Below, piece after piece: positions 57,357 to 64,000 of a stretch of DNA of 64,000 nucleotides. The notes beneath the pieces are model-generated. The model did not search any database and was not told where the DNA came from. It saw nothing but the letters and a program-made list of their open reading frames with translations. Origin of the DNA: Tagaea sp. (GTDB lineage Bacteria; Pseudomonadota; Alphaproteobacteria; CACIAM-22H2); contig CBDIIB010000004.1 in the NCBI GenBank assembly GCA_965279525.1, forward strand, positions 1,216,001 to 1,280,000, read 5' to 3'. Position 1 is the first letter of the stretch, and each line of letters starts with the position of its first letter. Made by a program: the position numbers and the translations under genes.

Positions 57357-57368
57357 ATCGCCGCCGTA

Positions 57369-58343
57369 TCAGGAGATGGTGACCGACTTCGAAGCTGCTG
57401 CCGCGGAATCGAATGCGGCCTCGATGATCTGCACGGAAAGAAGGGCATCCGCGAAGGTGCAGGAGACCGGCGTGCCGCTCCGCAGCGCCATCAGGAACTC
57501 GGTCGTGATCAGCCCCTCGTTCGGCAAGGCCGCCAGTTCCTCGCGTGCCGAGCCCCGCCGGCTCTGCCAGACCATGTGCCAGCCAGTGGGCATGGCAAGC
57601 GGGCGGCGCAGCTCGATCATTCCGTCCTCGCCGAAGATCCGGATCTCGTCCCACATGTGCCAGCCTTCTTCGATGCAGGCGAACTGGCATTCGATGCCCG
57701 GGAACTCGATCTCGATGAACCCGCCGAGGTCGGCTCGCCCCGTCGGCCCCGGACGCAGTCGGCTGCGTACTTTCGTGGGGCGGCTATCGATAAGCCACGG
57801 CACGATGTCCGCCATGTGCGTGCCCCGGCCGGTGTAGGCCCCACCGCCGCCGAGGGCAGGATCTAGGAACCAGCCGGTCTTTTCGTAGCCAAGCTGCACG
57901 GTCTGCACGTGGCGGACGGCACCGATTCCACCGCTGCGGATGATCTCGCGCGCTCGCCGGCAACCGGCGTCGAGCCGGCGATTGAAGGCAACCGCATTGA
58001 GTAGCTTTCGTTCCGATGCGGCAGCGATCAGGCGACGTGCGTCGGCCGTCTTCATCACGAACGGCTTGTCCACGAGAGTCGCCCAGCCGCGCACCATGGC
58101 GTGATCGGCATGCTCCGCATGCAACATGTGTGGCGTGGTGATCAGCACTGCATCGGCGTCAGGCAGTTCGTCGAGCTTGCCGACGATCCGCGCGCCCGTC
58201 GCGCGCGCGAGATCGGCAACCGCCGGAGCCGGATACGGATCGAAGATTCCGACCAGCTTGACACTCGTGTCGGCTAGCAGCGTGGGGACGTGGTATCGGC
58301 GCGAGAAACCGCCGCATCCGATCATCGCGAAGCGCGTCGTCAT
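57369..58343 (-). CDS. Gfo/Idh/MocA family oxidoreductase
   Basis: IGCGGFS, TTPHMLH, VDKP and GGGAYTGRGTHMAD motifs. Confidence 0.85.
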   Translation of the reverse strand: MTTRFAMIGCGGFSRRYHVPTLLADTSVKLVGIFDPYPAPAVADLARATGARIVGKLDELPDADAVLITTPHMLHAEHADHAMVRGWATLVDKPFVMKTADARRLIAAASERKLLNAVAFNRRLDAGCRRAREIIRSGGIGAVRHVQTVQLGYEKTGWFLDPALGGGGAYTGRGTHMADIVPWLIDSRPTKVRSRLRPGPTGRADLGGFIEIEFPGIECQFACIEEGWHMWDEIRIFGEDGMIELRRPLAMPTGWHMVWQSRRGSAREELAALPNEGLITTEFLMALRSGTPVSCTFADALLSVQIIEAAFDSAAAASKSVTIS

Positions 58344-58346
58344 TCT

Positions 58347-59105
58347 CTATTTCCTTCTATGTTCGACAGGCTCGTGCAGACTTCGACGAAACATCGCGAA
58401 CAGCCGGGCCCAGACCTGCTCTGCTGCCGGCTTGTGGTAGCAATAGCGCTCCGGAAAGGTGAAGCCATGCAATGCGCCCTGGTGAAGCTCGACACGATAC
58501 CGACCGCCGCGCGCGGCAAGCGCGGCTTCGATCGCGCGCATGTGCTCGGGCGGTGCGGTCTGGTCATTGTCGGCCCAGCCAAAATAGGCTTCCGCCGCCA
58601 GAGTCTTCGCGACCAGCAGATGGGGGGATTGCGGCGTGTCGTTGACCAGGCGGCCGCCGTGTAGAGAAGCGAAGGCAGCGACCTGCCCTGCGTGGGCGGC
58701 AGCAGCACCGAGCGCGTGGCGACCACCCATGCAGTAGCCGACTGCACCCGCCGGCAGGCGGGTTGCCGGATCGCCGGCCGCGTGTTCGAGCAAGGCCGCC
58801 GCATCAAGTGCCGTCATGGACAATGACAGCGCACTGTTGAGTTCGACCATTTTCGGGTCGAGGATGCCGTGCGCCAGCGGTGCAGGATCAAAGCTCGGGC
58901 AACCCCAGCGATAATAGAGATCGGGCAACATCGCGTAGTAGCCGGACGCCGCGCAGCGCCGTGCCATGTCGCGCAGCTCCTCTCGGATTCCAAGCGCATC
59001 CATATAGAAGAGCACTACCGGAAACGGGCCTCTCTCGTCCGGATGGACGATGAAAACAGGCATCTGCCCGTCCACCGTTTCGAGCATGACGTTGCTTTCG
59101 ATCAC
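58347..59105 (-). CDS. dienelactone hydrolase family protein
   Basis: GYCMGG (Cys nucleophile), PDLYYR and HGF motifs. GTG start overlaps the upstream TGA. Confidence 0.88.
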   Translation of the reverse strand: MIESNVMLETVDGQMPVFIVHPDERGPFPVVLFYMDALGIREELRDMARRCAASGYYAMLPDLYYRWGCPSFDPAPLAHGILDPKMVELNSALSLSMTALDAAALLEHAAGDPATRLPAGAVGYCMGGRHALGAAAAHAGQVAAFASLHGGRLVNDTPQSPHLLVAKTLAAEAYFGWADNDQTAPPEHMRAIEAALAARGGRYRVELHQGALHGFTFPERYCYHKPAAEQVWARLFAMFRRSLHEPVEHRRK

Positions 59106-61243
59106 CGAGCCGCCTCCCCCGGAAGATGGACGAAGATCGGGCTCGACCAAGCAAACGCGCCATCCCACTGACGCACGCGGACCCAGTAGGCATTCCAGCC
59201 TGGCTCACCTGCCGGATCGCGGAATGTACCCTGCCAAGCCAGCGGACCGGGATCGCGCGGCAGGCGGCGGATCTCGAGTTCCCGATGCGGCTTCCTGTCG
59301 CTCAGGTATGTCGAACCAGTCGCAAGCTTGCCGACCGGGACTGATGTGGATATCTGCGCGGTCTGGACCGTGAGCATCGCGTCGTCGGGAGCGTTGACTC
59401 GCACGGTGATGCCGTCCCAGTCGCCGCCCGTCGCCGAACGCCAGTCGATCCGCTTCGGCTTGGCGGACAGGATCCCCTCGTCGGGCGTATCGAATGCGTG
59501 GCCTTCGGCATCGGCAAACTTGCCGGCCGACAGCGTGGCATGCCCGTCCCAGCACATGCGTGCCCGGGCGAAATTGCCCGGTGCAGTCGCGCCGCGCCAG
59601 GCGATCCTGACCCGATCGGAAAGCGGCGCATCCGAGGCCGTCAACGCCACCGAGTGGATGACACGGGTTCCCCGGAATATCTCCACGGCTTCAAGCGGGC
59701 TCGTTCCCTCGATGGAAATGCTGAGTACCGGCGGTATCGCAGCGTCAAACTCGCTGCCCATCGCATGTCCTTCAGCCGAGTACTCAAGCCGGATCCGCTC
59801 CCCGGTCGTCGCGTAGCAGTTCCGCGCCTCCAGTGCCTCCCAGAGGCCTTCCCGCGTGAGGCTGCGCAACGGGGACGCGACCAGGCCTCCGCGCACGTTG
59901 CGAACCGCCTGGTGACCCGGATGGCTGGCACCGGGCCTGCCATCCACGCCGTCACTGCCCGCCGTCACGCCCATCCGGTAGCCGCGTTCGAGTGCTTCGA
60001 ACATGAACCACTCCGACGTGGCATGCGTCGAATGGACTTCGATGAGCCGTTCGAGCGTCGGCTCGTGGCGGCGAAGGTCGGTCGTCCGTCCGCCGACATG
60101 AAGGGCGATCAGGGTCTTGGTGCCGCGATACCGGGCATGGAGATCCTCGGCCTGCGGCAGATCAGACGAAATATCGCCTTTATCGTCGACGTACTCGTGA
60201 CTGCAGCGCGTGATGGGAGCGGCATCGTCCGGAAAATACAGGTTCCGGTCGCCGCCCTTGGCGGTGTCGGCCGACCATTCGAGGCCGAGAAGGGAAACAA
60301 AACGGCCTGGCTCGTTGTAACGCGCGGTTACTGCTTCGGTTTCTTTCCATTCGGGTGACGAGACAAGGAAGCAGTTGGCCTGGTGACTTGAAAAATCGAT
60401 GCGCGCGAAATCGCGGGCATGGGTGAAGAAGGCGTCGATCGTCCGCGCCCCACAGCCAATCAGGCATTGGGCGTGGATGTCGCCCCAGTGGATGCGCCGG
60501 GAAGGTGTGGCCGCATGGACCTTGATCGGATTGGAGACGGCCGCAAGTGCCCCACGCGCCGAAAGACGCGCGATACCGGGCTTCTCGATGCGTGCTCGCC
60601 AGCGCAGCACGCCCGGCAAGTCAGGAAGCGACTCGCATACGGCACCGTCGATGGCCGGACGCTGCACCGGAGTCGCCGGATTGCCCCATTCGTCCTCGAT
60701 GCGGCAGGCAAGCTCGAACGCTTCGCCGGCGACGACGTCGCTGGGCGCGATCAGCACTGCCCGGCTTGCTGGCGCGCCGACGACATCGACGACAAGTTGG
60801 GCAATTTCCGTCCAATCGCCAACACCCGCCTGCACACGCACCGAGACGGCCGAGCCCTCCTCGATGAATGTCTGCGCTCGGGTTTCGAAGCGAGCCTCTA
60901 TGGCGGTCGCTCCCGGCAGCGCGTCGAGCAGGTCGAGTTCGAACACGTGATCGAACGGATGCCATTCGATCGAGCGGCGCGTGCGCCAGCGGTACCGGCA
61001 CGGATGCGATATCGAAATCGTCGTGAAGCCGGGCTGGTCTGGCGAATGGCACTGCGGGATGTCCCAATCACTGGGCCACCGTCGGATGAATGCGACGGCA
61101 CTTCCAGCCGGCAGGCCCGATGGCCCCACAAGGAACTTTGCCGTCCACGTACCTCTCATGCCTGCGACGACCGGGCTCGGGCCGTCGAGCGTTACGGATC
61201 CGGACTTCCCGCTCATGTCGATGTTGATCGCAAGGCCGCTCAT
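59102..61243 (-). CDS. DUF3604-like protein (PHP-like putative metallohydrolase)
   Basis: VSNPI..HWGDIHAQ, EWS...GGDRN, HVGGR, EVHS, SDG..GRPG, CYATTG and C-terminal YWVRVRQ.DG..AWSSPIF, recognised from memory as DUF3604 features. Start MSGLA. Confidence 0.75.
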   Translation of the reverse strand: MSGLAINIDMSGKSGSVTLDGPSPVVAGMRGTWTAKFLVGPSGLPAGSAVAFIRRWPSDWDIPQCHSPDQPGFTTISISHPCRYRWRTRRSIEWHPFDHVFELDLLDALPGATAIEARFETRAQTFIEEGSAVSVRVQAGVGDWTEIAQLVVDVVGAPASRAVLIAPSDVVAGEAFELACRIEDEWGNPATPVQRPAIDGAVCESLPDLPGVLRWRARIEKPGIARLSARGALAAVSNPIKVHAATPSRRIHWGDIHAQCLIGCGARTIDAFFTHARDFARIDFSSHQANCFLVSSPEWKETEAVTARYNEPGRFVSLLGLEWSADTAKGGDRNLYFPDDAAPITRCSHEYVDDKGDISSDLPQAEDLHARYRGTKTLIALHVGGRTTDLRRHEPTLERLIEVHSTHATSEWFMFEALERGYRMGVTAGSDGVDGRPGASHPGHQAVRNVRGGLVASPLRSLTREGLWEALEARNCYATTGERIRLEYSAEGHAMGSEFDAAIPPVLSISIEGTSPLEAVEIFRGTRVIHSVALTASDAPLSDRVRIAWRGATAPGNFARARMCWDGHATLSAGKFADAEGHAFDTPDEGILSAKPKRIDWRSATGGDWDGITVRVNAPDDAMLTVQTAQISTSVPVGKLATGSTYLSDRKPHRELEIRRLPRDPGPLAWQGTFRDPAGEPGWNAYWVRVRQWDGAFAWSSPIFVHLPGEAAR

Positions 61244-61259
61244 GCTGGGCTCCGGCTCC

Positions 61260-62066
61260 TTATCTGAGATCGAGGCGATAGCGGTAGACGTCGCCGCGCA
61301 TGACGGCGCGCCGGAACTCGCCGATCCGGCCATCGGCCAGATAGGTCCGCCGTTCGATCCGAAATACAGGAGCACCCGCCTTGATGCCGATCTGTGCGGC
61401 GTCGTAGGTGCCGGCGATGGCCGGCTCGATGAGTTCTTCGGCGCGCGTCAGCGCCACGCCGTATTCCTGCAGCAGGATGTCGACGAGATGGCGTTCATCG
61501 AGATTGTGCTTGGGCAGGTCCGGGCACAGTGCCACGGGCAGGAAGCTGGTTTGAAGCGTTACCGGGACGCCGGCGGCGAACCGCAAGCGCTTGAGGAAAA
61601 AGACCGACCGGTCGGCCCCAAGTCCGAGTATCTCCGCGACGGCGGCGTCAGCACGCCGACGGGACAGCGCGAGCACGCTTGCGCCCGGATCGAGTGGCGG
61701 CCCCTCGACGCGGAACTGCCGGTAGGAGCCAACGACGTTCCCTTCGATCTTCGGATGGCGCAGGAATGAGCCGCGCCCCGCCTGCCGGTCGATAAGCCCA
61801 TCGCGTGCCAGTTCGGCGAGCGCATGGCGGATCGTGCCTCGGCTGGCAGCATAATGCTCGCACAGCGCTGACTCACACGGCAGTTCTGCGCCCGGCAAAA
61901 ACCGGCCGGAATTGAGGTTCAGCATCAGGTCTTCGCGGATCTGGTGATGCAGAGGGATGCGCGCGACACGTGCGAATGGCGGCAAAACGACAGGATCCGG
62001 GCCGTCCGGGCCCTCTGTCCCGCGCTGGACGTCCATCTGCCGGCCGGTCGTCGTTACCTCGGACAT
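61260..62066 (-). CDS. GntR family regulator, HutC subfamily (UTRA domain)
   Basis: PLHHQI, LPCESAL, SRGTIRHAL and GRGSF HTH motifs; UTRA-like C-terminus. Confidence 0.9.
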   Translation of the reverse strand: MSEVTTTGRQMDVQRGTEGPDGPDPVVLPPFARVARIPLHHQIREDLMLNLNSGRFLPGAELPCESALCEHYAASRGTIRHALAELARDGLIDRQAGRGSFLRHPKIEGNVVGSYRQFRVEGPPLDPGASVLALSRRRADAAVAEILGLGADRSVFFLKRLRFAAGVPVTLQTSFLPVALCPDLPKHNLDERHLVDILLQEYGVALTRAEELIEPAIAGTYDAAQIGIKAGAPVFRIERRTYLADGRIGEFRRAVMRGDVYRYRLDLR

Positions 62067-62091
62067 ATCCGCTCCCGCCTCTTCTCCCATA

Positions 62092-62109
62092 CAAATGTAT
62101 GAACATTTG
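62092..62109. promoter_or_regulatory. putative GntR/HutC operator (autoregulatory)
   Basis: CAAATGT-ATGA-ACATTTG perfect 7-bp inverted repeat with a TGT-N4-ACA core, 26 bp upstream of the GntR ATG. Confidence 0.65.
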
Positions 62110-62135
62110 AACAGGTCCGTCAAGTCGGTCGTTGC

Positions 62136-63665
62136 CTAGGCCATTCCCACCGGCTGCGGCGCCGGATCGCGCACGTCGTCCGGTCGACTGCGGATCATGT
62201 CGGTCAACTCGCGCTGAACGCCGGCCACCGCCGGATCCCCGAAGCGATTGTCCATCTCGTGCGGATCGCCGACGAGGTCGTAGAGTTCGCCGGCACCTGA
62301 ATCGAGCTCGAGCGTCAACTTGTGCGTGCGCGTGCGCACGGTCCGCAGCTTGAGTGCCACACCGCAGCGCGACGGATGCAGGTCCCATTCGTTGTAGGCA
62401 AAGTCGCGCGTGCCATCGCCCTCCATCAAGGGGCGAAGACTGCGCGAATGGAGCGCGCGATCGGGCGACAGCGAAGCGTAGTCGTAGAACGTCGAGGCTA
62501 GATCGAGCGTGGAAACCGGATGCGGGACGATCTTTCCCTTCGGCACGCCGGGGCCGCGCACGATGCATCCGATGCGAAGCAGGCCCTCGTAGTGGATCGG
62601 CCCCTTGAGCAACAGGCCGTGGTCGCCCAGCCAGTCACCGTGATCCGTCGTGTAGACGACCAGCGTGTCGCGATCGAGACCCAGCCGCTCGAGCGAGAGC
62701 AGGATACGCCCGACATTGTGGTCGATTAGCGAGATCATGCCGTAATAGTTCGCGATCAGGTGGCGCAGTTGCAGGTCGCTCTGGGCCGGCGTGCGAGACT
62801 GCTTGGCGCGGAACGCCTGCAACTCCGGATCGTCGAGCTTGGGCACGCCTTCGAGACTCGCCTTGTGCCACCAGGGCCGCCGCTCCAGATCTTTCGTCCG
62901 GTGGACGGGCAGATCCACGTCGTCTGGATGGTGCAGATAGCACCAGGGTGCCGGCGCATCGAACGGATGATGGGGATCGGGGAACGAAGCCCAGGCGACC
63001 CACGGTGTGTCCTTGTTGTCGCGCATGAAATCGATCGTGCGGTCACCGATCCAGGTCGAGTTGTGGAAGGCCGGCGGCAGGGCCGAATTCCACGTCTGGG
63101 CCGCGCCCACATCGGGGGCCAGTTTCGTCGAGAACATCTTGTTGAGCATCTCGCCGCGGCCGTCCTTGTGGTACCAGGCCTCATACTGGAGGCCTTCGGG
63201 CGGCTTCTGCGGCAGGAACATGTTGTGGCCGGCGATCATCATGTCGACATGCTGGAAGCCCATATAGGGTCCCGACCAGTCGGCGCCAAACTCGTGCGAG
63301 CTCGAACGACACTCCGGCCGCCCGGTCGGCTTGAAAGTATGGAAGGTGGAGAAATGTGCCTTTCCGATAAAGCCCGTCCGGTACCCGGCTTTCGCGAAGG
63401 TGCCGGCGAAACCGGCACTCCCGACATTCTCGTCAAGGTCTATGCCATTGTCCCAGACACCGTGCGTGCGCGGCAGCAGGCCCGTGAGGATCGAGGCGCG
63501 CGAGGGCTGGCACACGACGTTGGGCGTGATGCATGCGGAAAAGCGGGTCCCCTCGCCTGCAAGCATGTCGAGATGCGGCGTGCGGACCTTGCGACCTTCA
63601 TATCCGTAGCAGTCGCCGCGCTGCTGGTCGGACGTGATGAGCAGGATGTTAGGCTTGCGTGTCAT
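62136..63665 (-). CDS. sulfatase (Cys/formylglycine type)
   Basis: KPNILLITSDQ, CQPSRASILTG (CxPxR), GKAH, PDPHHP, DHGD and HGLLLKG motifs. Confidence 0.92.
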   Translation of the reverse strand: MTRKPNILLITSDQQRGDCYGYEGRKVRTPHLDMLAGEGTRFSACITPNVVCQPSRASILTGLLPRTHGVWDNGIDLDENVGSAGFAGTFAKAGYRTGFIGKAHFSTFHTFKPTGRPECRSSSHEFGADWSGPYMGFQHVDMMIAGHNMFLPQKPPEGLQYEAWYHKDGRGEMLNKMFSTKLAPDVGAAQTWNSALPPAFHNSTWIGDRTIDFMRDNKDTPWVAWASFPDPHHPFDAPAPWCYLHHPDDVDLPVHRTKDLERRPWWHKASLEGVPKLDDPELQAFRAKQSRTPAQSDLQLRHLIANYYGMISLIDHNVGRILLSLERLGLDRDTLVVYTTDHGDWLGDHGLLLKGPIHYEGLLRIGCIVRGPGVPKGKIVPHPVSTLDLASTFYDYASLSPDRALHSRSLRPLMEGDGTRDFAYNEWDLHPSRCGVALKLRTVRTRTHKLTLELDSGAGELYDLVGDPHEMDNRFGDPAVAGVQRELTDMIRSRPDDVRDPAPQPVGMA

Positions 63666-63669
63666 GCGT

Positions 63670-64000
63670 CTAGGCCTCGATGCGGGTCGCGAAAACGGGC
63701 TTCTCGCCGGGAGCCGGCGAATAGCCGAAGTCACCTCGCTTGATCAGCGCCTCGACGCCGCCGAACTTTGCGATCTTCGCCTCCTGATCGGCAAACGCCC
63801 GTGCATCGACCGCCTCCGGGTCGACGATCTTGCGCAACTCAGCCTCCATCATCGCGAGCGTGTCGCGATGTGCCGGGCTCTCGCCTAGGTCCTTCGTTTC
63901 GCCTGGATCGGCGTCGAGATCGAACAACTCGGGCCGGAAGCCGACATGATAGATGAACTTCCAGCGCCCCTTGCGGACCATATACATCGCCGTGATCGAG
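63670..64000 (-). CDS. sulfatase-like hydrolase, C-terminal part (choline-sulfatase-like; runs off window edge)
   Basis: MVRKGRWKFIYH...ELFDLDADPGE..DL is a typical sulfatase C-terminus. Confidence 0.8.
   Translation of the reverse strand, partial: SITAMYMVRKGRWKFIYHVGFRPELFDLDADPGETKDLGESPAHRDTLAMMEAELRKIVDPEAVDARAFADQEAKIAKFGGVEALIKRGDFGYSPAPGEKPVFATRIEA

Noticed and set aside
1-64000. CRISPR arrays, tRNA/rRNA, IS elements, prophage or defence genes
   Set aside because: The window is filled by metabolic CDSs with gaps under about 130 bp. I saw no spaced direct repeats, RNA-gene signatures or transposase/integrase motifs, although small RNAs cannot be excluded by eye.

Overview
High-GC (about 65-68% by eye) bacterial chromosome segment, probably alphaproteobacterial (inferred from gene content). 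It is almost fully coding, with about 63 genes for small-molecule uptake and catabolism. In order: pcaHGB (beta-ketoadipate pathway); an AfuABC-like ABC transporter, an SDR and iolG divergent from iolDE (myo-inositol); a block of amide/ureide/D-amino-acid enzymes (amidohydrolase, racemase-like protein, Rid, D- and L-carbamoylases, creatininase, diaminopropionate ammonia-lyase, D-serine-deaminase-like enzyme, amidase, aspartoacylase-like enzyme, MlrC) with a peptide ABC system and a SelA/DgaE-like PLP enzyme; a ribokinase/FGGY kinase/sugar ABC/nucleoside hydrolase operon; a MarR-centred peptide ABC cluster with creatininase, ketopantoate-reductase-like, SDR, deacetylase and isoaspartyl peptidase genes; a TauABC/SsuABC-like system; and a GntR(HutC)-associated run of two sulfatases, a DUF3604-like metallohydrolase, a dienelactone hydrolase, three Gfo/Idh/MocA dehydrogenases and another ABC transporter. 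I saw no rRNA, tRNA, CRISPR array, integrase or transposase. Start codons were re-picked by eye from RBS and family N-termini, and family calls come from motif recognition, not database searches. The best candidates for undescribed systems are the sulfatase-DUF3604-Gfo locus, the ureide/diaminopropionate cluster and a possible IolR-controlled inositol-phosphate importer.
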